Shown: positions 28,378-37,711 of the stretch, in pieces
Position numbering within the stretch: position 1 is the stretch's first letter
Layout: each line of letters begins with the position of its first letter
Source: Caldisericia bacterium
GTDB lineage: Bacteria; Caldisericota; Caldisericia; B22-G15
NCBI GenBank assembly: GCA_026414995.1
Contig: JAOAHY010000005.1
Location: 18,547-82,546, forward strand
DNA: 64,000 nt
Direction: 5' to 3'
Translations under genes and position numbers: made by a program
The notes under the pieces: model-generated
The model's input: the letters and a program-made list of their open reading frames with translations, nothing else
Database searches by the model: none
Told to the model about the DNA's origin: nothing

Positions 28378-30701
28378 TTTTCCTCCTTTATTTTATTAAA
28401 AACTTTCTCAAATGTTATTGGTAATCTTTTAATTTCTTTACCAATCGCTCTTGATATTGCATTTGAAAGTGCTCCTGGAATTCCTAAAATTGCCTCTTCT
28501 CCTATTCCTCTTGCTCCATAAGGCCCATCATGTTGTGTGGTTTCAACAAAATCAACTAAATATTCTGGATGTTCTCCAAATCTTGGAATTTTAAAATCTC
28601 TTAATGAATAATTTAAGACTCTTGCTCTTGAATCAAAAATAAAACCTTCGGTTGTTGTAAAACCTATTGCCATTTGAATTCCACCTATAAATTGATGTTT
28701 TGCAAGTTTTTTATTTATTACTTTACCAGCATCAATAACACATACAGCTTTTAAAATTTTATAATTTCCATCTTTTAAATTAACCTCAACTTCAACTGCT
28801 TCAGCACCCATTGTATATTCAAGTGAAGGATCACCTCTTCCTGTTTCTTTATCTATATCCGTTAAAAATCTTGATATATATTTACCTCTTCCAATTATTG
28901 GACCTCCTATAGCATTTCCATTTGGATAAACATAACCTAAAGCTATATCTTTAATTTCCAAAAACTTATGCTCTGCTCCCAATACATAAACTTTCCCATC
29001 TTTTATATCTAAATCCTCTTTTGGACATCTTAAAACCTGAGATGCAACTTCTTTAATTTGATTTATCGCATCATCACAAGCATCAATTACTGCTCTTCCA
29101 GCCATAACAAGAGATCTACTCGCTGCTGTAGTCCAATCATGAGGAGATCGATCTGTTATAACTTCAGATACAACATTTATCTTTGAAATATCTAATTTAA
29201 ATTTTGATGCTACAATTTGTGCTAAACCAGTTTGAGTTCCAGAACCAATTTCTACAACTCCAACATTAACATTTATAGATCCATTTTCATTAAAAGATAT
29301 AATTGCTCCAGCATCTGTATTTGGAGGTATCATTGGGGGTTTCCAAAAACATGCAAAACCTTTTGCTTTAACCTTATTATCATCAATTTTTAAATAACTT
29401 CCCTCATTCCACTTAATTAATTCTTTCGCTTTCTCAATACATTTCCTTAAATCTCCAGTTGAATCATCCATTAACTGATTTGTTGGAGTTGTGTCTCCCT
29501 TCTTTATTACATTTATATACCTTAACTCAATTGGGTCTATATTTAGTTTTTTACTTAAAATGTCCATCGCTCTTTCAATTGCAAAAGAAAGTTCAATATG
29601 TCCAAATCCTCTATATGCAGTAGCAAATGGATGATTCGTGTAAACACATAATGAATCACATCTCACATTTGGAACATTGTATGGTCCAGTACAAGAAACC
29701 GCAGCACCTCTTGAAATATTTACTGCATAATCTGCATATGCGCCTGAGTCAAATATATATAATATGTCCATTGCTACTAATTTTCCATCTTTTTTTGCAC
29801 CAATTTTAATCTTTCCATACATTCCTATTCTTCCAGGAGATGAAATCAAATCTTCTTCTCTTTTATTAACAAGTTTTACTTTTCTTCCATTAACACTCTT
29901 TGAAAGAATTAATGCTAAACCCTCAAGTTGAATTCCTGCTTTTCCACCAAAACCACCACCAACTTTTGGAGCAATAACTCTTATTTTTTCATGTGGAATT
30001 CCAAAAAATTTACTCAATAAATTTCTAACAACAAAAGGTGCTTGAGTTGAAGAGTAAATAATAACCATACCATCAGGCAAAATTTCTGCTATAACAGCTC
30101 TTGGCTCCATTGCAACATGATCGCCTGGTGGAAGACAAAACTCTTCTTCAATTACTACATCTGACTCCTTGAAACCTTTTTCTATATCACCCTTTCTAAT
30201 TTTTGTTCTATTTGCAATATTTGTACCTGGTTCTGGATGAATACTTGATATATGAGAGTATTTTTCCATTTCTTCATGTATAATTGGTGCATTATCTTTT
30301 AATGCATCAAGAGGATTTCCCACAAAAGGAAGTGGTTCATATTCTACTTTTATTAATTTAATTGCTCTTTCTGCAATCTCCTCACTATCTGCAACAACTG
30401 CTGCAACCGGTTCTCCAAAATATCTTACTTTATCTATTGCAAGAGGTGGTTTATCTCCTAAATATATTCCAAAGAGTATTGGGTAATCTTTACCTAATAA
30501 TATAGACCTTACACCTTCTATCTTTTTTGCTTCTTCTATATCTATTGATTTTATTTTTGCGTGAGAAAGTGGGCTTATTAATATCCTTGCGTAAAGAAGA
30601 TCTGGAAAATAAAGATCATTAGTATAAGTTGCCTTTCCAGAAACTTTTAAAATCCCATCTAACCTATTAATTTCTTTACCTATATAATTGTATTCACTCA
30701 T
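28374..30701 (-). CDS. Molybdenum hydroxylase large (molybdopterin-binding) subunit, xanthine dehydrogenase/aldehyde oxidoreductase family
   Basis: 775 aa, Ald_Xan_dh hammerhead plus MoCo-binding domains (GGGFGGK, ...GEHPEY...); RBS GAGGGAGG. Confidence 0.85.
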   Translation of the reverse strand: MSEYNYIGKEINRLDGILKVSGKATYTNDLYFPDLLYARILISPLSHAKIKSIDIEEAKKIEGVRSILLGKDYPILFGIYLGDKPPLAIDKVRYFGEPVAAVVADSEEIAERAIKLIKVEYEPLPFVGNPLDALKDNAPIIHEEMEKYSHISSIHPEPGTNIANRTKIRKGDIEKGFKESDVVIEEEFCLPPGDHVAMEPRAVIAEILPDGMVIIYSSTQAPFVVRNLLSKFFGIPHEKIRVIAPKVGGGFGGKAGIQLEGLALILSKSVNGRKVKLVNKREEDLISSPGRIGMYGKIKIGAKKDGKLVAMDILYIFDSGAYADYAVNISRGAAVSCTGPYNVPNVRCDSLCVYTNHPFATAYRGFGHIELSFAIERAMDILSKKLNIDPIELRYINVIKKGDTTPTNQLMDDSTGDLRKCIEKAKELIKWNEGSYLKIDDNKVKAKGFACFWKPPMIPPNTDAGAIISFNENGSINVNVGVVEIGSGTQTGLAQIVASKFKLDISKINVVSEVITDRSPHDWTTAASRSLVMAGRAVIDACDDAINQIKEVASQVLRCPKEDLDIKDGKVYVLGAEHKFLEIKDIALGYVYPNGNAIGGPIIGRGKYISRFLTDIDKETGRGDPSLEYTMGAEAVEVEVNLKDGNYKILKAVCVIDAGKVINKKLAKHQFIGGIQMAIGFTTTEGFIFDSRARVLNYSLRDFKIPRFGEHPEYLVDFVETTQHDGPYGARGIGEEAILGIPGALSNAISRAIGKEIKRLPITFEKVFNKIKEEK

Positions 30702-31170
30702 AAAACCTCCCTCATATTTTTATTTTAAATTCAATTTTGTATTTATTCAATTGTATATTATGGAAAAACCTTCATCTTCTTTAAGTGAAGAGGAGATAAA
30801 GATGAATTTTTTTTGAAAATGAAGAAGGTTTTGGTTTATCAGATAAACCTAAGACTAAAGAGTCTTTTTCTTCAATTAATATTTCATAAATTTCTCTTGT
30901 TATCATTATTTCTTCTTCAAGAAGTAAATTTATTAAAGTTTAATCATTTAAAAAATCCATTCTTTTAATAGTTGATTCAAATTCTTTAAATCTAAATTCT
31001 ATAAATGATGTTTGATCATTATTTTTACTTTGAAAAAACAATTTTTAAAACATCCAAAAAAGCGATTTTTTATTATTCTTAACTAAAATTTCTTCTAAAA
31101 ATTTTAATTTATTATTTTGAAAAACTGAATCAAATTCATAAATAAATTTCACAAATTGAGAATATCTTAA

Positions 31171-32040
31171 TTAAATTTTTTTAAAAAATACAACCCCTTT
31201 TTTTATTTCAATTTCAACTTCCCCAATATCTTTCATTTCATTAAGTAAAGATAAAATTGAACTTTTTATTAAATTTGCAACAATGTAAGAATTTACATTT
31301 AGATTCAATAGATAAATAATGTTTTCAATTGTTTCATAATCTTTAATAATATCAAGAATTTTCTCTTTAATTGATCTTAGTATTTCAATATTTTCATCAA
31401 TAATTTTTATACTATCATCTTTATTATATAAATCTCCATGAGAAGGAATTACAAAATCAAAATCTATCTCTTTGATCTCCTCCATTCTTTTTATAAATTT
31501 ATAATATGAATGAAAATATGGAACAATGTATTTTTCTAAAACTTGTTTAGAAAAAAATGAATCAGATGAAAATAAAATTTTATCTATTAAAATTCCTATC
31601 ATACCTATTGAATGGCCTGAAAGATCAATTATTTTAAAATTTTCATTTTTTAGAGAAAAAATATCTTCATCTATTATAACTCCCTCAGACAATACCCATT
31701 TATTTAGAAACTCTTTAGGTGGATTACCACCTAAATTTAGGTAAATTGGTTCTAAAATAGGGTTTTCTATAAAAATTTTTTCAGAAGATGTAGAAAAAGT
31801 TTTTAATTTTAATGCTTCTTTTAAATATTTACCACCCCCTGTATGATCAGCATGATGGTGTGTCAGAATCAAATTTTTGATGTTGAAATTATTTTCTTCA
31901 ATTATTCTTTTAACCTTCTTTGCTTTATCTTTATCTATTGGTGCATCAATAAGATAAAAAGAAGAACCTGCCTCAAACAGAGGCAGGTTAGTTGTATCTT
32001 TTATAAAAAATATTCCTTCTTTAATCCTTACTAATTCCAA
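31171..32040 (-). CDS. MBL-fold metallo-hydrolase
   Basis: LTHHHADHTGG (HxHxDH metallo-beta-lactamase motif), later H/D ligands; 289 aa. Confidence 0.75.
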   Translation of the reverse strand: MELVRIKEGIFFIKDTTNLPLFEAGSSFYLIDAPIDKDKAKKVKRIIEENNFNIKNLILTHHHADHTGGGKYLKEALKLKTFSTSSEKIFIENPILEPIYLNLGGNPPKEFLNKWVLSEGVIIDEDIFSLKNENFKIIDLSGHSIGMIGILIDKILFSSDSFFSKQVLEKYIVPYFHSYYKFIKRMEEIKEIDFDFVIPSHGDLYNKDDSIKIIDENIEILRSIKEKILDIIKDYETIENIIYLLNLNVNSYIVANLIKSSILSLLNEMKDIGEVEIEIKKGVVFFKKI

Positions 32041-32049
32041 ATAATTACC

Positions 32050-33549
32050 TCAATTAACTTTAATTTCTTTCTCTAACCTCTCCTCTCTCTCCTTTTTTCT
32101 TTTTAAAATTTCGTCATATCTTTTTCTTTTCTCAAGTGCTTCTTTATTTAATCTTTCCTTTTTTGCTTCTATAGCTTTTCTAGCTGCTTCTCTAAGCTTT
32201 TCAAAAACTGGTTCATTCATCCAAACTTCATTCATCATTTTTGCAACTTCTTTTGAGTATCTATCTAAATCATTCATTAGTTTTTCATCTGTTGCAATTA
32301 AATCAGCATCAAGATCAGTTGCTTGTGGTTTTGTTTTATTATAAATGTATCTGAATACCTTTGGCTCATCTATAATTTCACATGGCATAAGTAAATTTTT
32401 ATTAAAAGGTTGAAACTTTCTAATATATGTAAATAGAGGAGATTTTAAAATTTCAATTAAACTCTTTTCTTTTATATTTCCCCCTGAGAAGTGTAAGAAA
32501 ATACAGGGTTCAACTTCACCTTTATGGTTTATATGGATATACCTTCTTCCACCAGCAATACAACCTGTTACAAATGGAGCATCATTCCAGAAATCCATTG
32601 GCCAAATTGGTTTATTTTCTCTTGCCCATCTTATAAATTCTCCTAACTTTTTTCTTTGTTCGGGTGTTGCCATTAATTCTACTGAAGGTTCTCTTCCAAC
32701 TGGCATATAAAGGAAATACCAACCCCAAAAGGCTCCTTTTTCTATTAACATATCAAGAAAATCTTCACTTGTTACAGTATCTGCATTTAATTTTGTATAT
32801 GTTGTTGAGTAACCAAAAAGAATGCCATTTTCTCTTAATAGATCCATTGCATCCATAAGCTTTTTGAAAACACCTTTTCCTCTTCTTTCATCTGTATCTT
32901 TTTCAAATCCTTCAATACTTAAAACAGGCATTACATTTCCAACTTCCTTTATTTTTTTAACCATTTCTTCATCAAGAAGTGTCCCATTTGTAAAAACTTG
33001 AAAAGCGCAATCAGAGTGTTTTTTATAAATCTCAAACATATCTTCTCTGATGAAAGGTTCTCCTCCAAGAATAGTATACATATAGGTCCCAAGTTGTTTA
33101 CCTTCTGTTATTATCTTATCAACTATTTCAATAGGAAGGTCATCTTTTTTAGTATATTCACCAGCATAACACCCAATACATTTTAAATTACATCTCATAG
33201 TAGGACTTATTAAAATTGTAAAAAGACCTGGCACTCCATATTTCTTTTCAGCTTCGTTATTTTTTTGAACTCCAATAAGAAGTGTGTTTACAAAGAAGTT
33301 GTAACCTAATTTGGTCAACATCTTTTCATCAACTCTTTTAATTACTCCTGTAATTAGTTTCCAGTAATTATCCTTGTGAATATTTTTCTTTGCTGCTTCA
33401 ATTTGTTCTCTGTAAGTTTTTATTGGGGTTATTGCTTTCATAAAATCTAAAATTTTATCTAAATTTTTTTCTGGATCTTTTTTAGTATATAAAAGAGTTT
33501 TTTTAACAAGATACCCAGCAACAATTTGCTTAATACTCATTTTTATCAC
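32050..33549 (-). CDS. Radical SAM enzyme with partial SPASM/Twitch-like C-terminal region and a charged coiled-coil tail; function unknown
   Basis: CNLKCIGCYA (CxxxCxxC) about 120 aa from the N-terminus; later GCIAGGRRYIHINHKGEVEPCIF (SPASM/Twitch-type G...dG.v.PC motif). Only 7 Cys in total. Lys/Glu-rich C-terminal 60 aa. Confidence 0.75.
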   Translation of the reverse strand: MIKMSIKQIVAGYLVKKTLLYTKKDPEKNLDKILDFMKAITPIKTYREQIEAAKKNIHKDNYWKLITGVIKRVDEKMLTKLGYNFFVNTLLIGVQKNNEAEKKYGVPGLFTILISPTMRCNLKCIGCYAGEYTKKDDLPIEIVDKIITEGKQLGTYMYTILGGEPFIREDMFEIYKKHSDCAFQVFTNGTLLDEEMVKKIKEVGNVMPVLSIEGFEKDTDERRGKGVFKKLMDAMDLLRENGILFGYSTTYTKLNADTVTSEDFLDMLIEKGAFWGWYFLYMPVGREPSVELMATPEQRKKLGEFIRWARENKPIWPMDFWNDAPFVTGCIAGGRRYIHINHKGEVEPCIFLHFSGGNIKEKSLIEILKSPLFTYIRKFQPFNKNLLMPCEIIDEPKVFRYIYNKTKPQATDLDADLIATDEKLMNDLDRYSKEVAKMMNEVWMNEPVFEKLREAARKAIEAKKERLNKEALEKRKRYDEILKRKKEREERLEKEIKVN

Positions 33550-34204
33550 CTCCGCTCAAATAACCAATGAGTAAATTTACAATTTCTTCTCTCTCTTCAT
33601 CCTTTAAATTTATAAAATTAAGTTTTATGTCTTCCCAATCTGCTTCAAATCCTTTAAAATCATCAAAAAATTTTGTAAGTAAGAAAAATAAATATGATGC
33701 AAAACTTAAAAAAAGAATTTTTGAAGTTGAGGAGAGTAAAAGAAATTCCTTCAAAGTTTCAAACTCTTTTGTATTAGAAAAAAGTGTTGAAATAATCAAA
33801 AAGCCTAACACAATATAAATTAAAGGTTTAATAGTTTTTGATGCTAAAATTTTTAATTTTTCCTTTATAAAATCATTAAGTTTTCCATCAATTTTAGCTT
33901 TTTCAAACTCTTCTAAAAATTTTTTATACTCATCTAATTTTTTTGATCCATAAAGAAATATTTTACCTTGAGTTGTTAATGTATAATAATATTTCGGTCT
34001 TCCTTTCCCCTTTTTAATAAACTCAATTCTTAAAATTCCTTTCTCTTTTAAATTTCTCAAATGTTCATATGCTGTTATAAGATTTATATCAAGTTTTTTT
34101 GAAATTATATAAGGATTAATCCATTTGTTTTTTTTAAAGTATTCAGTTAAAAAGTAAATTAAATCTTTTTGTCTTTCAGTTAATTTAATATCTAAATTAT
34201 TCAT
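33530..34204 (-). CDS. Membrane-anchored winged-helix (PadR/TrmB-like) DNA-binding protein
   Basis: N-terminal wHTH-like region (LTERQKDLIYFL ... GKGRPKYYYTLTTQG) and two C-terminal hydrophobic helices; overlaps the rSAM start by 20 nt. Confidence 0.45.
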   Translation of the reverse strand: MNNLDIKLTERQKDLIYFLTEYFKKNKWINPYIISKKLDINLITAYEHLRNLKEKGILRIEFIKKGKGRPKYYYTLTTQGKIFLYGSKKLDEYKKFLEEFEKAKIDGKLNDFIKEKLKILASKTIKPLIYIVLGFLIISTLFSNTKEFETLKEFLLLSSTSKILFLSFASYLFFLLTKFFDDFKGFEADWEDIKLNFINLKDEEREEIVNLLIGYLSGGDKNEY

Positions 34205-34375
34205 ATCAATTCTATTTTATTAGTTTTTTTTACTTTTGTCAACTATATTTAAAATAAGACTAAATTAGTATAAAGGAATAATATAACCTAATATAACAAT
34301 AATGTATTGTTTTAAAAAACTTTGAATTTCTATTTTTTTAAAAAATCGCTTTTTTAAAATAATTTTTAATACCTC

Positions 34376-34420
34376 TTGACAAATTTTAAAAATTTATTAT
34401 ACTTTGTATTACAAAGTAAA
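34376..34420 (+). promoter_or_regulatory. Near-consensus sigma-70 promoter with an overlapping perfect palindrome (putative autoregulatory operator)
   Basis: TTGACA-16/17 nt-TATACT. The -10 runs into ACTTTGTA-t-TACAAAGT (8-1-8 inverted repeat) ending 4 nt before the ATG at 34421. Confidence 0.55.
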
Positions 34421-34723
34421 ATGAATGACAAAGTTTTTGAATTTGATGATGTAATACATGAGAAAACAAGATTGATGATATTAGGACTCCTTTTAAAGGA
34501 AGGTGAAATGAGCTTTACAGATTTAAAAGAATCGCTTAATTTAACAGATGGTAATTTAACATCACATTTAAGAATATTAGAAAGTAATGGAGTTATTGAA
34601 GTAAGAAAAACATTCGTTGGAAGAAGACCTAAAACATTTTATAAATTTACAAAAGAAGGCAAAGAGAGATTTATTAAATATTTAGATAACATTGAAAATT
34701 TTTTGAAAAATTTACTTACTTAA
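34421..34723 (+). CDS. ArsR-type winged-helix transcriptional regulator
   Basis: HEKTRLMILGLL ... MSFTDLKESLNLTDGNLTSHLRILESNGVIEV matches the ArsR/SmtB-type HTH. The track start (TTG 34376) is the -35 box itself, so the ATG at 34421 is more likely. Confidence 0.6.
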   Translation: MNDKVFEFDDVIHEKTRLMILGLLLKEGEMSFTDLKESLNLTDGNLTSHLRILESNGVIEVRKTFVGRRPKTFYKFTKEGKERFIKYLDNIENFLKNLLT

Positions 34724-34736
34724 AAGGAGGTTAATT

Positions 34737-35483
34737 GTGATTAATAAAGAAGAAATCAAAAAAGTTCTTGAAACAATTGATGCTTTTAAATTAATTTCTT
34801 TAAAAGCAGAAAAAGAAAAAAGTGAGTTTACAAGATATATGGCTATTTGGGGATTAATTTTGACTATAACCTTTGCCTATTATGGATTTGGTTTTAAATT
34901 TTTAGGAGATCTATTTTGGTTATACATTTTTTTATTTGGTGCTTTTTTATCGACTTTAAAGGTATCAAATTATTTAATTTCTGGAGTTTCTTGGGCATTA
35001 ACAGGTTTGATTACATCAATTGTTTATAATACTTTTAAAAATTATATTCTTATGCAAATGACATTTGTAGTTTTAATTTTTATAAGTTATTCAATTAACT
35101 ATTATTATCAAGAGAGATTTAAAAAAGAAGATTATATTCCTATAAAACTTTCTGTTTCTTCAAAAATTGGTATAACATGGGGAATTATTTTTTCTGGTAT
35201 GGGTTTCACTTTGATATCATTAATAAAATATTTATTGAAACTAAATACAAATTATGACTATAGATTTATTTTTACTCTTCTGTTTGGATTTACTACAGGA
35301 GTTGGGATTTTTATTAGTGGTTTAATTGATACTTTATTTTTCATCTTTGGTTTATTTGGAATTTTTGGAGTACCAATTTGTTCAATAATAAATAAAAATT
35401 TAGGAATATTAGTTGCATCTTTAGTTCCTCTATTAACATCAATTTATAGTGGATTTATATATTTTAAAAGGAGTAAAAAATGA
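34737..35483 (+). CDS. Polytopic membrane protein (hypothetical), first gene after the regulator in an ABC-2 operon
   Basis: 248 aa, about 6 TM segments; GTG start after AAGGAGG; translationally coupled to the ABC ATPase. Confidence 0.45.
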   Translation: MINKEEIKKVLETIDAFKLISLKAEKEKSEFTRYMAIWGLILTITFAYYGFGFKFLGDLFWLYIFLFGAFLSTLKVSNYLISGVSWALTGLITSIVYNTFKNYILMQMTFVVLIFISYSINYYYQERFKKEDYIPIKLSVSSKIGITWGIIFSGMGFTLISLIKYLLKLNTNYDYRFIFTLLFGFTTGVGIFISGLIDTLFFIFGLFGIFGVPICSIINKNLGILVASLVPLLTSIYSGFIYFKRSKK

Positions 35484-36397
35484 AAATAATTGAGGTGAAT
35501 GATTTAAAAAAGTATTATGGAGTGATTAAAGCAGTCGATGGATTGAGTTTTTATGTTTTTAAAGGTGAAGTTTTTGGAATGGTTGGACCAAATGGTGTAG
35601 GAAAAACAACGACAATTGAATGTGTAGAAGGACTAAGAAAACCAACTTCTGGAGAAATTAAAGTTCTTGGAATGAATCCATATAAAAATAGAGAGAATCT
35701 TTACAAAAAAATTAGTGTTCAACTTCAAGAAACAAGATATCAAGATAAAATAAAAGTTTGGGAAATATTAAAACTTTTCTCTTCTTTTTATGAAAAAGGA
35801 GTAAATTATGAAGAGCTTTTAGAAAAATTTGACCTTAAAAATTTTAAAAATAGTTTTGTTTCAGATCTTTCTGGTGGACAAAGACAAAAATTATCAATAA
35901 TACTAGCACTTATTCCTGATCCTGAAATTGTCTTTCTTGATGAACTCACAACAGGTCTAGATCCGAAAGCAAGAAGAGATATGTGGAAATTTATTTTAGA
36001 TTTAAAAAAAGTAGGAAAAACAATTTTTCTAACTACACACTATATGGAGGAAGCAGAAGTCTTATGCGATAGAGTTGCAATAATTGATAAAGGAAAAATT
36101 ATAGCCCTTGATACACCATCAAACTTAATTAAAATGAGTAATCTTGATGAAGTTATTAAATTTGAGGGAGATGTTTTTGATTTAGAAAAATTTTATCAAA
36201 TTAAAGGAATAACAAAGGTTCTTTTACAAAATGGTGAGATAACTCTTATGGGTAAAGGTGAGGATTTTTTAAAAAATGTTGTTGATTTTTTGTATACAAA
36301 TAAAGTTAATTTTAAAAATTTAAAAACAAAAAAACCAAATTTAGAAGACACTTACCTTTCTTTAACAGGAAAGATTTATGAGGAGGTAAAACAATGA
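35480..36397 (+). CDS. ABC transporter ATP-binding protein
   Basis: GPNGVGKTT Walker A, LSGGQRQKL signature, FLDELTTGLD Walker B. Confidence 0.85.
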   Translation: MKIIEVNDLKKYYGVIKAVDGLSFYVFKGEVFGMVGPNGVGKTTTIECVEGLRKPTSGEIKVLGMNPYKNRENLYKKISVQLQETRYQDKIKVWEILKLFSSFYEKGVNYEELLEKFDLKNFKNSFVSDLSGGQRQKLSIILALIPDPEIVFLDELTTGLDPKARRDMWKFILDLKKVGKTIFLTTHYMEEAEVLCDRVAIIDKGKIIALDTPSNLIKMSNLDEVIKFEGDVFDLEKFYQIKGITKVLLQNGEITLMGKGEDFLKNVVDFLYTNKVNFKNLKTKKPNLEDTYLSLTGKIYEEVKQ

Positions 36398-37161
36398 AAA
36401 CTCTTTATGAATTAATTAAAGTTGATTTTAAACTTCTTTTAAGAGAATTTATAGTTGTTTTCTTTGCGATTATATTTCCAGTTGCTATAGTTTTAATGAT
36501 GGGTGGAATTTATGGAAACAAACCAACACCCTATTTTGGTGGTTTTGGTTCAGTAGATGTTTTAGTTCCTTCATATCTTGGAGTTATACTTGCAGTAAAT
36601 GGTATTATGAGTTTGCCTTTGACTCTTGTTGAATATAGAGATAAAAAAATTTTAAAAAGATATATGGCAACTCCTTTAAAGCCAATTTATATAATAATTT
36701 CTCAAATAGTTGTTAATTTTATTTTAACCTTAATAGGTTTTATTCTTTTATATTTAGTTGCAAAAATTGTTTTTGATTTAAAGTTTTATGGAAATGTATT
36801 TATTTTTTCTTTATCATTTGTTTTATCTACCTTATCTTTATTTTCAATTGGTTTTATAATTGCAAGTTTAATATCAAATCCGAGAACAGCAAGCACATTC
36901 GCATATATAATTTATTTTCCAATGCTTTTTCTATCTGGATCAACAATACCAATTGAAAATTTTCCAAAATTTATGCTCACTTTATCAAAATTTTTCCCTT
37001 TAACCTATATAGTAGATCTTTTTAAAAGAACTTGGCTCAAAAGTGATATTTCCTGGGTAAAACTCAATTTAAATTTAAAAATAGATTTAATAGTAATAAT
37101 TTTAATGATGGTTATTTGCTTTATAATTTCTATTCTGACATTTAAATGGTATTATGATTAA
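36394..37161 (+). CDS. ABC-2 family transporter permease
   Basis: 255 aa, 6 TM segments, ABC-2 type layout, coupled to the ATPase (start overlaps its stop). Confidence 0.75.
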   Translation: MKTLYELIKVDFKLLLREFIVVFFAIIFPVAIVLMMGGIYGNKPTPYFGGFGSVDVLVPSYLGVILAVNGIMSLPLTLVEYRDKKILKRYMATPLKPIYIIISQIVVNFILTLIGFILLYLVAKIVFDLKFYGNVFIFSLSFVLSTLSLFSIGFIIASLISNPRTASTFAYIIYFPMLFLSGSTIPIENFPKFMLTLSKFFPLTYIVDLFKRTWLKSDISWVKLNLNLKIDLIVIILMMVICFIISILTFKWYYD

Positions 37162-37477
37162 TTACATAAGTGACATTATCACCTGTAATAATTAAAAGAT
37201 ATGCTTATAGATTATGCGAAGATAAAATTTTTATGAAGAGTTGATTAATTTTAAAAGTTGAAGAAAAATAAAAAATATTATAGTGCTTATTTAAATAATT
37301 GCAATAGATTGATTAAAAGATTTTGAGACATTGAAAAAGTTGTCGAGAAAGGTGAAAATATAATTAGTTTAAATTAGATTAAAAATATTAGATTTAAGGT
37401 ATATTATATTGTGAGTCAAGTAAATTTGATTATAAATTGAAATTGTAATAAATCAAAAGGAGAAAGGAGGATAAGAA

Positions 37478-37708
37478 TTGTTTGGTTTAATTTTGGTTGC
37501 ATTGGGTGTTCTTTTTTTGCTTAAAAATTTAGGAATAATTTCAGGCGATGTTTGGGAAATTTTTTGGCCAATTTTACTAATAATTCTTGGATTATGGATA
37601 ATTATTGGCTCTTTCACAAAAAGAAAATTTTTCAGAAATTTTTTTAGTTGTAGAAGAGATTTTCATGAAGATTTCCCTTTTGAGAAGAAAGATAAAGAAG
37701 AAGAGTGA
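37478..37708 (+). CDS. Small membrane protein with LiaI/LiaF-like TM region (DUF5668-type)
   Basis: MFGLILVALGVLFLLKNLGIISGDVWEIFWPILLIILGLWIIIG matches the GxxLIxxGxxxLLxNLGI pattern. Strong RBS AAAGGAGG and TTG start; charged tail. Confidence 0.45.
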   Translation: MFGLILVALGVLFLLKNLGIISGDVWEIFWPILLIILGLWIIIGSFTKRKFFRNFFSCRRDFHEDFPFEKKDKEEE

Positions 37709-37711
37709 TTC

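Noticed and set aside
30702-31170. Purine or Moco riboswitch in the leader of the first xdh-like operon
   Set aside because: I could not match the conserved purine-riboswitch core (three-way junction with UAUA...UCGGG-like elements) or recall a reliable Moco-motif match by eye. It is left as an open check rather than a call.
32050-33549. Radical SAM protein as a tetraether/membrane-spanning lipid synthase (Tes/Mss-like)
   Set aside because: It has only 7 cysteines (one CxxxCxxC plus 4 scattered), too few for the multi-cluster Tes-type enzymes, and no rubredoxin-like Cys pairs. The assignment cannot be supported from sequence.
31055-34352. 16-17-nt sequences AAAAAAGCGATTTTTT (about 31055) and AAAAAATCGCTTTTTT (about 34337), reverse complements of each other, flanking the rSAM/MBL unit. 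Considered as terminal inverted repeats of a mobile cassette.
   Set aside because: The motif is itself almost palindromic (A6-N4-T6) and very AT-rich, so a chance match is likely in this genome. There is no transposase or integrase, no target-site duplication, and the similarity does not extend beyond about 17 nt.
37162-37477. 315-bp intergenic region after the ABC-2 permease (imperfect palindrome TTACAtaaGTGAcattaTCACcTGTAA at 37162-37188), considered as a terminator or sRNA
   Set aside because: The stem is AT-rich with bulges and has no U-tract. No conserved structure or ORF longer than 11 codons was found. It is probably just the promoter/leader of the LiaF-like peptide gene.
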